Shown: positions 50,951-61,670 of the stretch, one piece after another
Layout: each line of letters starts with the position of its first letter
How positions within the stretch are numbered: the first letter of the stretch is position 1
Assembly: GCA_043803405.1 (NCBI GenBank)
Contig: JAZDKB010000016.1
Location: 16,293-80,292 of the forward strand
Reading direction: 5' to 3'
DNA length: 64,000 nucleotides
Origin: Spirochaetota bacterium
GTDB taxonomy: Bacteria > Spirochaetota > UBA4802 > JAFGDQ01
Program-made: the position numbers and the translations under genes
The notes under the pieces: generated by a model
Seen by the model: the letters and a program-made list of their open reading frames with translations, nothing else
What the model was told of the DNA's origin: nothing
The model's database searches: none

Positions 50951-50964
50951 CTGCAAATTTGCAG
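50951..50964. promoter_or_regulatory. Perfect 14-bp palindrome CTGCAAATTTGCAG in the lptD / TPR-gene divergent region
   Basis: This is an exact palindrome on direct reading and a candidate dimeric regulator site. It lies about 50 nt upstream of lptD. Confidence 0.25.
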
Positions 50965-51233
50965 ATGGGGAATATGCCCCTTTGTAAGATATGTAATTTA
51001 TTAAATTGCCGTTAAATTTATGTAAATAAAAAATTAATATTGCATTTCATATCCGTAGTATTAAAAAATAGTGCGGATATACATTGTTAATTGTGTGTAT
51101 CAAAATTACTATAAGGTAATAAACGATCTTCGGACGAAACTCAAATATTATTAATCGATAAAATAATTTATACTGTGACGGAGTTTTTAAACAGTTTAAA
51201 TTAAATAATTACTGATTTTAAAAAATAAAAATT

Positions 51234-52880
51234 ATGACACCCAGACATTTCCTTAAAACTCTTATTATCACTTTATTATTTCTTTCAGCAACTGGCAAAC
51301 TCTACGCCGGATATTATGATGAAGGATGTAAATTCTTCAGTTACAAGAACTACGAAAAAGCAAGAGATATGTTTTTAAAAAGCATTGAGGCCAGTGATGA
51401 TGGCAATTCATATTACTTTATGGGAGAAATCGAAAAAATTGAAGGGAATTACGATAAAGCAGAAGAGTATTATAAACTAGCCGTAACTAAATACATGAAT
51501 GCCAAATATAAAAAACTCGCATACTGGAATATAATAGTACTTAAAGAACAGAAAGGCAAATACAACGAAATGGTAATTGCCTGCAGGGAATTATGGGATG
51601 CGATGAGGGATGATGGTGCGAAGAAAAAAGTGGAAGCTCTAATCAATAAGTTTTTATGGACAGACAATGATGAAGCCAAGTCCCTTTATAACAGCGGAGC
51701 TGAATATAAAAAAAAGAATGTTCATGATAAAGCAAGAGAAGCCTTTTATAATGCACAGCGCATCGATTCCGCTTTTCTTGCTCCGAAATTCGAACTTGGA
51801 CTAATGTTCTACAATGAAAAGAACGCCAGCCAGGCCATTGATTATTTTAACGACATAATTGATAAAATACCGTTTTACGGAGAAGTTCACTTACTTTTAG
51901 GAGATATTTACTTCAACAAACAATCTTACAGGAATGCTATTGATCATTTGAGTAAAGCCGGAGAATACGGTTTTTTCGACAATAAAACAAAATATTCTCT
52001 GGTTTTTAAAATCGGAACTTCCTACTATGAAACAGGAGATTTTGAAAAAGCTCAAGAGGAATTCATCTTTGCTTCCGAACTCAATAAAAAGGCGTTGGAT
52101 CCACTACTATTTTTATCCGCTATTTATATAAAGAAAAATAATTATGAGCAGGCTATATCAGTTCTTTTAAAAGCAAAAGAACTGAATCAGAATAATCCTG
52201 AAATTATTTTTCAAATCGGCAGTATTTATTATAAAATGAATGATCAGAAATATACGCAATACTTCAGCCAGTTATTAAACAAATATTTTCAATCTAAAGA
52301 AACGATCCCGCAGAAGTATTTAAAAGCTTTTACTTTGCTTTTAAAAAACAATTATGATAATAAAAAATATGATGATGCCTCAAAAATTATAGAAATACTC
52401 CCCGAATCTCAAAAGTCCGGCGACATAAATCTTATGTCGGCAAAATCGTATCACTATACAGGCAAACACGAGAAAGCAATTGAATACTTTGAAAAGCTTT
52501 CTCTTGGTAATGATGATAGATATTTGCTTTGCATCTCTTATGCCAGGTCCGGGTCCGCGGTTAAAGCTAAAGAATTGTTATTGAGTTTGTCAAATATAAA
52601 CGGTTACTTTGAAAAATCCAAATCGGATGCTGCCATAAAAAAAATAGCGTACGAAATTGAAAATGACAGATTAAGAAAAGAAGAAGAAAGAAAAGCGGAA
52701 GAGAAAAGGAGATCGGACGAAGAAAAGCGGAAAGAAGAGAAAATAATAGAAGACAAACTTATTGAGGAAAAACTAAAGGAAGAAAAAATCAAAGCTGAAA
52801 AAGAAAAATTAAACGCTCCCAGGGAAGAAAATAATAATACGTTGCCGGCACAGGTAAATAATCCGGTAAATCCTCAGTAG
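51234..52880 (+). CDS. Secreted TPR-repeat protein with a Lys/Glu-rich C-terminal tail
   Basis: A signal peptide precedes multiple TPR-like units (YDKAEEYYKLA, HDKAREAFYNAQRID). The C-terminus is EEKRKEEK low complexity. Confidence 0.65.
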   Translation: MTPRHFLKTLIITLLFLSATGKLYAGYYDEGCKFFSYKNYEKARDMFLKSIEASDDGNSYYFMGEIEKIEGNYDKAEEYYKLAVTKYMNAKYKKLAYWNIIVLKEQKGKYNEMVIACRELWDAMRDDGAKKKVEALINKFLWTDNDEAKSLYNSGAEYKKKNVHDKAREAFYNAQRIDSAFLAPKFELGLMFYNEKNASQAIDYFNDIIDKIPFYGEVHLLLGDIYFNKQSYRNAIDHLSKAGEYGFFDNKTKYSLVFKIGTSYYETGDFEKAQEEFIFASELNKKALDPLLFLSAIYIKKNNYEQAISVLLKAKELNQNNPEIIFQIGSIYYKMNDQKYTQYFSQLLNKYFQSKETIPQKYLKAFTLLLKNNYDNKKYDDASKIIEILPESQKSGDINLMSAKSYHYTGKHEKAIEYFEKLSLGNDDRYLLCISYARSGSAVKAKELLLSLSNINGYFEKSKSDAAIKKIAYEIENDRLRKEEERKAEEKRRSDEEKRKEEKIIEDKLIEEKLKEEKIKAEKEKLNAPREENNNTLPAQVNNPVNPQ

Positions 52881-52990
52881 GTGAATTTATATTACTCTTT
52901 GTGATAATAAATTCAAAATAATTTTTTAAAGCCGGTACAATATTACCCGAAGAGAATTATCCGAATGTGTATAACCGATAATAAACTAAT

Positions 52991-53773
52991 ATGTTAAAGA
53001 TAAATAATTTATTTCTAACAATGGATAAAACAGAAATATTGAAAGATATTAATATTTCTTTTAATGAAGGAGAAATAATCGGAATTATAGGAAAATCCGG
53101 TGCTGGAAAGACTGCACTATTAAAAGTAATTGCCGGATTAATAAAGAATTTTTCAGGCGAGATACTGCTTAACGACAAGTCAATCAAATCAATTCAGGTA
53201 AAGGATATTCAAAAACAAATAACTTTATTATTAAGCAATAATTCTTTGGATATTATTGACGACACTGTTTTTAATTACCTATTACAATCGAGAAAATCAT
53301 TTAAAAAATTTTTAAATCCATTTTCCGATGTTGATATACAAATTACAGAAGAATATATTAATTTATTTAATCTTGATAAATTCAAAAACAAAAAAGTTCT
53401 TAAGCTCTCCGATGGTATCTATAAAAAGGTTGCTGTCGCATTTCCATTTATTAAAAGCTCCGACATTTTATTAATGGATAATCCAACAAGCAATTTAGAT
53501 ATAGAGTCATTTTCATTATTGCAAAAGGCAATATTTAAATATTCAATAAACGGCAATAAAATAATAATAATTGCTTCAAACGATTTAAACTTTTTACTTC
53601 AAACAGCTGATAAAATAGTGATAATGGAAGAAGGTGGAATTACAGCAGAAACCAGTCCGGACCATATAGACACGCAGATTATTAAAAAAATATTTAATAC
53701 TGAAGTACTGTTATCCAGAAATATTTATAACGGGAAGCTGACAGTTCATCAGTTTCTAAGCGGAGCAGGATAA
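52991..53773 (+). CDS. ABC-type ATPase with degenerate catalytic motifs
   Basis: Walker A is intact (GKSGAGKT). The signature motif reads LSDGI instead of LSGGQ. Walker B reads ILLMDN (Glu to Asn). The H-loop reads ASNDL (His to Asn). No permease gene is adjacent. Confidence 0.65.
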   Translation: MLKINNLFLTMDKTEILKDINISFNEGEIIGIIGKSGAGKTALLKVIAGLIKNFSGEILLNDKSIKSIQVKDIQKQITLLLSNNSLDIIDDTVFNYLLQSRKSFKKFLNPFSDVDIQITEEYINLFNLDKFKNKKVLKLSDGIYKKVAVAFPFIKSSDILLMDNPTSNLDIESFSLLQKAIFKYSINGNKIIIIASNDLNFLLQTADKIVIMEEGGITAETSPDHIDTQIIKKIFNTEVLLSRNIYNGKLTVHQFLSGAG

Positions 53774-53791
53774 AGGGGCAATGTTCTGTAA

Positions 53792-54130
53792 TTATGCCTT
53801 TGCTACTCCTTCTTCAATATTATCAATAAAAGTGATGTGAGGCAAAACATCCATTACTTCCAGCATTTTAATGAGACCGTCTCTCAATCCCATAATCATT
53901 ACGCGTTTTTTTCTTTTACGTGCACTATTCGAAACATTTATAAGGGAAGACAGCCCGCCTGAAGTGATCACGCTTACCTCCCTCATATCCAATATGACAT
54001 TATTTTTTTGCGATAAACTGTTTACTACACTTTCAAATTCTATTTTTGAAGAATTTGAAATATTACCGGAAAATTTGACAATCTTCACACCATCATACTC
54101 GCTAATGGAATAAGAAATCTCAGTATTCAA
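53792..54130 (-). CDS. STAS-domain protein (anti-sigma-factor antagonist / MlaB-like)
   Basis: The 112-aa ORF has STAS-like layout, including the conserved SSGL region (ITSGGLSSLINV). Confidence 0.7.
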   Translation of the reverse strand: MNTEISYSISEYDGVKIVKFSGNISNSSKIEFESVVNSLSQKNNVILDMREVSVITSGGLSSLINVSNSARKRKKRVMIMGLRDGLIKMLEVMDVLPHITFIDNIEEGVAKA

Positions 54131-54267
54131 TCTAATGACCTAATATCTTTAATTAAAATGCTATATATTATTTAAGCGAAAGTTCATTATTATTGGCTTT
54201 GAAAATATAATCCTGTACAAATAATTCATATCTTAAGCGTGTACGAGATTTATAATGAGCGACTCCA

Positions 54268-55269
54268 TCAATTGGCAATCATGCGTTTATCTTTCTGGAT
54301 CTGATTCCTTATTATATTTTCAATCTCAAGGGTTACTTCCAGACTGCGGATATCTGCATCATTTGTAATTGAAGGAATCAGCCCGTTATGAATACAGTTG
54401 TAAAAATGTTCATGCTCATGTTTTAATGGATTCTCTTTATGTATAAATAATTCTTCTACAAAAGATTCCTGGCTGTATTTGATCTCTTCTTTTGTTAAAA
54501 GATATGCCTGGGAAGCCTGCCTGTGAATGTGAATGTCCTGAGTTGTATAATCAAGAAAAATATAGGATTTTTCCTGACTTATCGATAAAGTCCTTATCTT
54601 TCTCTGGGTTATTCTTGAAGCTGTTACAGTGGCAACACAGCTGTTTTCAAACAGAAGGATGGCGGTAGCATAGTCTTCATGATCGGAAAACAGTGAACCT
54701 CCGAATGCCTTTACGGATGTAACCGGCGAATTAACAATATTAGTTACAATATCTATATCATGAATCATTAAATCCAGTACTACCCCGACATCTTTTACCC
54801 TGTCAGAAAAAGGAGCAAGCCTGCGTGATTCAATAATTATCGGATTAGTTACAATTTTGTATAATTCCTGAACTGCACCATTGAATCTCTCCACATGGCC
54901 TACCTGGAACACTAGCTTATTCTTCTTGGCTTTATTAGCAAGTTTTCTCGCCTGGTCTATCCTCTCTGTTACCGGCTTTTCAACAAGTACGTGAATATTT
55001 CTGTCCAGTGCAAGAGCAGCATATTTGTAATGCAGATATGTAGGTACTGCAATCACAACAGCCTCAACATTTTCCAGCAAATCTTCAACTTTATTAAAAC
55101 AATTAATTTTATATTTATTCGATATTTCCCGGGATTTACTTAAGTCAATATCATATATACCGCACAATGTAATTTTATTTTTTAATGTGGATGCTACGCT
55201 AACATGGAACTGTCCCATATGACCAACACCGATAATTCCAAGTTTCAGTTTTTTCATCTTTGTCTCCAA
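54268..55269 (-). CDS. Gfo/Idh/MocA family NAD(P)-dependent oxidoreductase
   Basis: The Rossmann N-terminus reads LKLGIIGVGHMG and the Gfo/Idh/MocA pattern EKP...D follows. The likely start is the internal Met at 55257. Confidence 0.8.
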   Translation of the reverse strand: METKMKKLKLGIIGVGHMGQFHVSVASTLKNKITLCGIYDIDLSKSREISNKYKINCFNKVEDLLENVEAVVIAVPTYLHYKYAALALDRNIHVLVEKPVTERIDQARKLANKAKKNKLVFQVGHVERFNGAVQELYKIVTNPIIIESRRLAPFSDRVKDVGVVLDLMIHDIDIVTNIVNSPVTSVKAFGGSLFSDHEDYATAILLFENSCVATVTASRITQRKIRTLSISQEKSYIFLDYTTQDIHIHRQASQAYLLTKEEIKYSQESFVEELFIHKENPLKHEHEHFYNCIHNGLIPSITNDADIRSLEVTLEIENIIRNQIQKDKRMIAN

Positions 55270-55428
55270 AGCATATTTAAAACAAATTTTTTTACTTTAT
55301 ATTAGCACTTTTTTAGGGATATCCGATTTATAAATTATGCAATTAATTAATTTCAATTTGTCAAATCTTTATTAAAATAAAACTATTGGCATCAAACTAA
55401 TAAAAGCAAGAACTAAAATAAAATAATA

Positions 55429-56514
55429 TTAAAAAATAATGCTTTTAATCGCCTCTTTTAACAAGCCGTTTTCAACTTCCTGATTATAAACAGGATTATT
55501 TAAACCATTCAAAAGAACAAATTTAAATTTATTATTGCTGTTTTTTTTATCATATTTCATATGCTTGATAATATCATTTGCATTTAATTTATATTCTTTA
55601 CTGATTAATTTATATTTTATAATCAAGTCATTAACCATGTTCGTTTCTTTATCGGTTAGCCAGCCAAGACGCCTGGAAATTTCCATCGCAACTTTTAGTC
55701 CAATAGCAACAGCTTCGCCGTGTGAAATGCCCCTAAATTTCAATAAAGATTCAATTGCATGACCTACCGTATGACCGAAATTTAAAATTGCCCTGATTCC
55801 TTTTTCATCCTCATCTTTTTCAACTATTCTACTTTTAAATAAAACAGATAGATATACAATTTTTGCAATATTATCCGATTCTTTTATTGTTTTCAAGTCA
55901 TTTTTACATAGAATATTTAATAGTTTATCTTCACCGATAACCGCATGTTTTAATACTTCAGTGAGCCCGTTCTTTAATTCGTTTTCGGGTAATGTTTTAA
56001 TAAAATTAAGTTCGGTAAGAACCATGTCAGGATGATAGAATGCGCCGACAATATTTTTCCCGGCCGATAAATTTACGGCAGTCTTCCCTCCTATACTGGA
56101 GTCTACCATTGCCAGCAATGTTGTAGGTATATGTATTAAAGGAATTCCACGCATGTATAATGAAGCAATAAATCCTGCAAAATCACCTACAACTCCTCCA
56201 CCTATTCCGATGACAGCAGTTTTTCTAGAATAACCTTTCTTAAGCATTTTATCCAGAAATTTTTCTGCATATTTATAATTTTTATTGTTCTCACCGTCAT
56301 CCATAATAAAAACATCATAATTGATAATTCCGTTAAATGACGCATTAATTAAATCATTGTATAATTCCATAATCCTGGCACTGATAATCAAGGCGTATCT
56401 TTCAGCAGATACTAATTTGTTTATTTTTTTAATTTGTTCAAGAATAGATTGGCCTATTATAATTTTGTATTCTTTATTTTTTGTTCTGGCAGTAATTGAC
56501 TTCAGCTTAACCAT
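55429..56514 (-). CDS. aroB: 3-dehydroquinate synthase
   Basis: The nucleotide-binding region (GGGVVGDFAGF), the DSSIGGKT motif, and the metal-binding HxxxH region (HTVGHAIE) are present. Confidence 0.85.
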   Translation of the reverse strand: MVKLKSITARTKNKEYKIIIGQSILEQIKKINKLVSAERYALIISARIMELYNDLINASFNGIINYDVFIMDDGENNKNYKYAEKFLDKMLKKGYSRKTAVIGIGGGVVGDFAGFIASLYMRGIPLIHIPTTLLAMVDSSIGGKTAVNLSAGKNIVGAFYHPDMVLTELNFIKTLPENELKNGLTEVLKHAVIGEDKLLNILCKNDLKTIKESDNIAKIVYLSVLFKSRIVEKDEDEKGIRAILNFGHTVGHAIESLLKFRGISHGEAVAIGLKVAMEISRRLGWLTDKETNMVNDLIIKYKLISKEYKLNANDIIKHMKYDKKNSNNKFKFVLLNGLNNPVYNQEVENGLLKEAIKSIIF

Positions 56515-56945
56515 TTTTTACCTTTATAAATAGTATTGTTTAAACCAAGTAAAATATTTTCGAGTTCAGTTTTAACCGGAGGAACAATTTGCAGGTTCTT
56601 AAGCTTTTGAATATTAAAAAAACCAAAGTCGTGAAGTCTGTTTTCGTTGCTAAGTACATATGTACCTGTGCTATGTGCACAAAAAAAGCATATATTCTCT
56701 ATATGCTTTTTTAAATCCGGAGATATTGAATCATATACTAACGCAATATCATTAACTTTAACTATAATATTAAGTTCTTCTTTTATTTCCCTTATTAAAG
56801 CTTCTTCAAGTGATTCGCCCGGATTTACGCCGCCCCCCGGAAGCATCCAGTAAACCGAATCCTCTTTCCTGTGAGCGATTAGAAGGATCTCACTATTTTC
56901 GATTATAACAGCAGCAACCCTGATCCTGATATTTAAATTGTCCAT
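56502..56945 (-). CDS. NUDIX hydrolase
   Basis: The Nudix box reads GGGVNPGESLEEALIREIKEELN. Confidence 0.75.
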   Translation of the reverse strand: MDNLNIRIRVAAVIIENSEILLIAHRKEDSVYWMLPGGGVNPGESLEEALIREIKEELNIIVKVNDIALVYDSISPDLKKHIENICFFCAHSTGTYVLSNENRLHDFGFFNIQKLKNLQIVPPVKTELENILLGLNNTIYKGKKWLS

Positions 56946-56954
56946 ATCGACATT

Positions 56955-57713
56955 TTAAACCGGGAATTCCCCTCTCCATATATCCTCTAAAATTACTTTA
57001 GCTGCGTCCATCTCGGCTTTTCGTTTACTCGTACCGTTTCCTACCGATACATCTTTCCCGTGGATGATTAATTTGACTGTAAATTGCTTTTTGTGATCGG
57101 GCCCGCTTTCATTAACAATTTCATATTGCGGCCGTTCTTTATATTTTGCCTGTACGTATTCCTGCAGTGCGGTCTTGGGATCTCTTAAATATGATTGTTT
57201 GTCAATTCTTTCAACGTGGCTTTTCAGAAGCGATAATACGTATTTTTTACTATCTTTTAAACCTGCGTCAAGATAAAGGGCTCCAATTATTGCTTCGAAC
57301 GTATTTGCCAGAATTGAAGATCTATCTCTTCCTCCGCATCGTTCTTCACCTTTGCCCATTAGAAGAAAACTTCCCAGATTTATTTCAGCTGCAACCTTTG
57401 CTAAAGTCGACTCGGATACGACCGCAGATTTAATTTTTGCAAGATCTCCTTCCGGATAATCCTCATATCGCTTGAATAAATACTCATTTATTATAACAGC
57501 TAATACTGAGTCGCCAAGATATTCGAGCCTTTCATTATCCTTAAGAGTTCTGTATTCATTAACATATGAACGATGAGTTAATGCTCTATTTAATAAACTT
57601 TTGTCTTTGAACTTAATTTTTAGATTTTTCTGTAGTTTATTTAATTGCCTATACCTTTTTGTTCTATTATTATTATTCTCTTTTTGATTTTCCTTGTTTT
57701 CTTCAGAATCCAT
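56955..57713 (-). CDS. rnc: Ribonuclease III
   Basis: The RNase III signature ERLEYLGDSVL and a C-terminal dsRBD are present, plus an Asn/Lys/Glu-rich N-terminal extension. Confidence 0.85.
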   Translation of the reverse strand: MDSEENKENQKENNNNRTKRYRQLNKLQKNLKIKFKDKSLLNRALTHRSYVNEYRTLKDNERLEYLGDSVLAVIINEYLFKRYEDYPEGDLAKIKSAVVSESTLAKVAAEINLGSFLLMGKGEERCGGRDRSSILANTFEAIIGALYLDAGLKDSKKYVLSLLKSHVERIDKQSYLRDPKTALQEYVQAKYKERPQYEIVNESGPDHKKQFTVKLIIHGKDVSVGNGTSKRKAEMDAAKVILEDIWRGEFPV

Positions 57714-57760
57714 TTTCCATTCTTTTTCAAGATTAAGAAAAAATATTTTTACTTATTTTT

Positions 57761-57997
57761 TTATTTCTGTCTAGCTTCAATATAGTCAATTATATCTGCT
57801 ACTGTCACAATTTTTTCTGCGTCTGTATCGGGTATTTCTATCCCGAACTCTTCCTCCAGAGCCATTACAAGTTCTACAGTATCAAGCGAATCCGCGCCAA
57901 GATCATCTACAAAAGATGCTTCTTTTGTAACCTCCGATTCATCTACACCGAGCTGATCAACAATTATCTGCTTAATTTTTTCAAAATCTACCGCCAT
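57761..57997 (-). CDS. acpP: Acyl carrier protein
   Basis: The phosphopantetheine site [21 protein letters not shown] is present and the ORF is 78 aa. Confidence 0.9.
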   Translation of the reverse strand: MAVDFEKIKQIIVDQLGVDESEVTKEASFVDDLGADSLDTVELVMALEEEFGIEIPDTDAEKIVTVADIIDYIEARQK

Positions 57998-58198
57998 TTT
58001 ATCTCCATCCTCCTTAAATTTTTCATTTAACTAATGTTTTAAAATACTAAAATAATAAAGGAAACATTTTAATAAATTAATGCAAAAGCCTTTATCCAAC
58101 CTTTCAGTTGCGGACGGCACTAATTTTTGAAAAATGTATTTTAAGAGCATAAAGTTTAAATTATATAATAAAATTTAATATAAAAAATCACAATATAA

Positions 58199-58396
58199 TT
58201 ATTTGGCTTCTTTTATTTTTACTCTTGGTTCTTTTACAAGAACACCTTTATAATGGCCGCACTCCGGGCAAACCCTGTGAGAAAGCACATAGGCTCCGCA
58301 TTTGGAGCAAGGCCTTAAATTTGGAACACCGATCGCATCATGAGATCTTCTCATTCTGGATTTTGCTTTTGATTTTCTTCTCTTTGGTAAAGCCAC
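58199..58396 (-). CDS. rpmF: 50S ribosomal protein L32
   Basis: The ORF starts [19 protein letters not shown] and has a CxxC...CxxC zinc ribbon. Confidence 0.9.
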   Translation of the reverse strand: MALPKRRKSKAKSRMRRSHDAIGVPNLRPCSKCGAYVLSHRVCPECGHYKGVLVKEPRVKIKEAK

Positions 58397-58497
58397 GATA
58401 TTACTCCATAATTTTTTTGAAATAAAGACTCACTGATAATTCAAGTAAGTTGTAATGTCAAGATATTTTTCTTTAATGTTACTCTGCACTTACATAG

Positions 58498-59202
58498 CTA
58501 ATTTTTTAAATTATTTGCCTGTTTACTCTGGTAACTAAGCAACAAGATTCTTTTTTTTGCTTTTGAAGCAAACAATGAAGCCGGATAATCGGATATTACT
58601 TTTTGATAATATTCTCTCGCTTTCGACATATTACCCTTTGAATGATACATTCTGCCTAAATTATAATAAATTTCATCCGAAACAGAACAACCTTTATAAT
58701 CATTTTCAAGGCGTTGATACACTTCAATAGCTTTATTATTATCTTTTAGTTTTTCGTATGCAATGCCTGCCCGCTGAAGAGCTAAGGGAGCAAAAAAAGA
58801 AGACGGTGATTTATCAACAAATTTTAAAAAATAATTTTTGCCTTCATTATAATTATTTGCGGAAAAATATAATCCCGCTATAATATAATAACCATTATCA
58901 TTGACATATCCCCAGATTGACTTATTAACTAAATTATTAATTTCATCAATTGTCTTTTGAATATTTTTTTCTTTATTTGTTTCAATAGAATAATACTTAT
59001 CAATAATAAGCTCCAATTCCTTAATGTCATTTTTCTCACGGCTTTTAATATACATTGTACCGGAAACGATAAGGATCAATATAATTATAATTGAAATAAA
59101 TGAATAGATAATAGTCTTTTTGTTTTTAATAAAAACATCTTTCATTCTCATCAAAAATGTTTCTATTAAATTTCGTTTTATTTCGATTTTTCTTTCAATC
59201 AT
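58498..59202 (-). CDS. Membrane-anchored TPR-like protein (YfgM-like)
   Basis: An N-terminal TM helix is followed by a TPR-like C-terminal region (AIEVYQRLENDY, KAREYYQKVISDYP). Confidence 0.5.
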   Translation of the reverse strand: MIERKIEIKRNLIETFLMRMKDVFIKNKKTIIYSFISIIIILILIVSGTMYIKSREKNDIKELELIIDKYYSIETNKEKNIQKTIDEINNLVNKSIWGYVNDNGYYIIAGLYFSANNYNEGKNYFLKFVDKSPSSFFAPLALQRAGIAYEKLKDNNKAIEVYQRLENDYKGCSVSDEIYYNLGRMYHSKGNMSKAREYYQKVISDYPASLFASKAKKRILLLSYQSKQANNLKN

Positions 59203-59208
59203 GATAAA

Positions 59209-60882
59209 CTATCGTTCTCCCAGTTTTATCTTAATGAAATCACCAATAGTTACTTTTTTTGAACTGCTGTCATTTAAAACTTTGTCGAGTTCTTCTTTCT
59301 CTAATGCAGCGTCGTATTTTTTCATGCTAAGTGACAACCTTTTCTTGCCTACATCTATTCCCAGTACTTCAACATTTACTTCATCCCCTACTTTGAACCG
59401 CTCAGCTAAATTTTCGATCCTTTTATGCGATATTTCAGAGATATGCACAAGCCCTTCAATATCATCCTCTATTTTAACAAATATACCGAAAGAAACTACG
59501 CCCGATACTATTCCCAAAAGCCTTGTTCCCAAAGGATATTTTTCATTTACGATCTCCCATGGTGATTTTGTAAGTTGTTTAATCCCGCAGGAAATTTTCA
59601 TTTCATCTTTTTTAATTTCCAATATTTTATATTCAATTAAATTCCCGACTTTAAAAAGTGCTCCCGGTTCTTTAATATTTTCATCCCAGCTGATATCTGA
59701 AATATGTATTAATCCGTCAATGCCATCTTCAAGCTCAACAAATAGACCAAAACTGACTATCTTTTTTATTTTACTTTTATTTATTGTTCCAACCTGAAAT
59801 TTATCATTAATAGTATCCCATGGATTAGGAATCAACTGTTTATAGCTTAATGGAATTTTTCTTTCTTCCTTTTTAATATCAAGTATCTTTGCCTCAATTC
59901 TCTGACCTTTTGTAAAAATATCTTTTGGATTGACGCTCCTTTTAGTCCAGGATATTTCACTTGAATCAATAAATCCATCAATACCATCTTCTAATTCCAC
60001 AAAAGCCCTAAAATTAGTAAGTGTAACGATTTCCCCGGTAACGATATCTCCGATTTTAAATTTATCTTCAACCTTACTCCATGGTTCTTCAGTGAGTTGT
60101 TTTAATCCCAGCGATATTTTTCCGTTATCCCTGTCAATATTTAAAATAACAAAGTCCCGTACTTCGTCAGCTTCTAAAAGCGTTTTTGGTTTAAACACTC
60201 TTTTCCATGACATATCGTTCTTGTGCAGCAATGCTTCAAGGCCGTCAATTTCAATAAAGGCTCCGAATTCGACAAATTTTTTAACTTTCCCCTGCACCTT
60301 ATCGCCTATTTTATATTTTGCTACAAATCCATCCCATAGCTTTTTATTCTCTTCTTCCATATATTCTTTTCTGGAAAGGAGTATAGAATGCCTTTTTGCA
60401 TCAATACTTATAATTTTAAACCAGTAAGTAGTATCGGAGTCCAGGTTTTTCTTAATCCGTAAATCACCTGCAAGAGAAAAAGGTAAAAATCCGTCTACAT
60501 GATTGCAATCAATTATAAAACCTTTATTATTTGAGCTCCCTAACTTACCCTGTATATTCAATACTCCGGCTTCATAAATATTGAGAAACTTGGCCCATCG
60601 TTTTTCCCTGTCTGCAGCTGCCTTTGAAAAAACGTACATTCCATCTATTAACCTTTTATTAAGCAATAATACATCTATCTTTTCGCCTATTTGGGGTTTG
60701 CTTTTAAACTCATCTAAAGTGACTCTTCCATCCGTTTTAATTCCAACATTCACATAAGCAAAATCATTGTCTATTGTTACTATTTCGCCTTTTAAAATCT
60801 TATTAGGTTCAATTATATCTATCGGGAAGTCCGCTATCTGCTGCATATCAATGTTATCTTCATATTTCTCACTAATAATCAT
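59209..60882 (-). CDS. rpsA: 30S ribosomal protein S1
   Basis: Six S1 repeats (GxV, FGAFV/FGLFVEL patterns) are present. The ORF is 557 aa and sits next to cmk, as is conserved. Confidence 0.9.
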   Translation of the reverse strand: MIISEKYEDNIDMQQIADFPIDIIEPNKILKGEIVTIDNDFAYVNVGIKTDGRVTLDEFKSKPQIGEKIDVLLLNKRLIDGMYVFSKAAADREKRWAKFLNIYEAGVLNIQGKLGSSNNKGFIIDCNHVDGFLPFSLAGDLRIKKNLDSDTTYWFKIISIDAKRHSILLSRKEYMEEENKKLWDGFVAKYKIGDKVQGKVKKFVEFGAFIEIDGLEALLHKNDMSWKRVFKPKTLLEADEVRDFVILNIDRDNGKISLGLKQLTEEPWSKVEDKFKIGDIVTGEIVTLTNFRAFVELEDGIDGFIDSSEISWTKRSVNPKDIFTKGQRIEAKILDIKKEERKIPLSYKQLIPNPWDTINDKFQVGTINKSKIKKIVSFGLFVELEDGIDGLIHISDISWDENIKEPGALFKVGNLIEYKILEIKKDEMKISCGIKQLTKSPWEIVNEKYPLGTRLLGIVSGVVSFGIFVKIEDDIEGLVHISEISHKRIENLAERFKVGDEVNVEVLGIDVGKKRLSLSMKKYDAALEKEELDKVLNDSSSKKVTIGDFIKIKLGER

Positions 60883-60927
60883 AGTCCTAACCCTGTTAAT
60901 AATAACATATTTTATTTATAAACCTGT

Positions 60928-61602
60928 TTAAAGGCTGTTAATTAATTGAATTACTTTTTTAATAACATCGTTCTTAGTCATATTTGTAGAATCCAGATAA
61001 AATGCGTCATTTGCTTTAACAAGACGTCCATACGGCCTTGATTTGTCCTGTTCATCACGTAGCGCAATCTGGTCGGCTATGCGCTTTATGTCAACATTTT
61101 TTCCTTTTTCTTCATATTCATTAACTCTACGTTGTGCTCTCACGTCGACTGAGGCGTCAAGATAAATTTTTAAATCTGCAAGCGGGAAAACAACTGTTCC
61201 AATATCCCTGCCGTCCATAATAACGGTATCTTCAAGTGCCCAATCTCTTAAAATTATATTAACATAATTCCTTATAGCGATATTATCTGAAACAACTCCA
61301 ATATTATCTGCTATTGCAGTATCCCTGATCTCTTCCGAAATATCATTACCATTCACTGAAGTAGAACATGAACCGTCTATATTAAATTGCTGATCTATTT
61401 TAATATTAGTAAGATCATTAACATATTCTTTAGGCTGCAGTTGTGTGCCATATTTTTGCATTAAAATCCATGTTATAGATCTGTACACTGCACCGGAATC
61501 AATATATTTTAACTTTAGTTTTTTAGCCACTTCTTTTGATATGCTGCTTTTACCTGATCCGGCAGGACCGTCAATAGCTACAATAATTCGTTTTTTAGCC
61601 AC
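60928..61602 (-). CDS. cmk: Cytidylate kinase
   Basis: The P-loop reads IAIDGPAGSGKSS and the gene sits in the conserved cmk-rpsA neighbourhood. Confidence 0.9.
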   Translation of the reverse strand: MAKKRIIVAIDGPAGSGKSSISKEVAKKLKLKYIDSGAVYRSITWILMQKYGTQLQPKEYVNDLTNIKIDQQFNIDGSCSTSVNGNDISEEIRDTAIADNIGVVSDNIAIRNYVNIILRDWALEDTVIMDGRDIGTVVFPLADLKIYLDASVDVRAQRRVNEYEEKGKNVDIKRIADQIALRDEQDKSRPYGRLVKANDAFYLDSTNMTKNDVIKKVIQLINSL

Positions 61603-61670
61603 AGTTTATCGCCGTATAATTATATTTTGTTAAAATGATATGCAAAATACCTGGTGTACCGAGTTCTATT

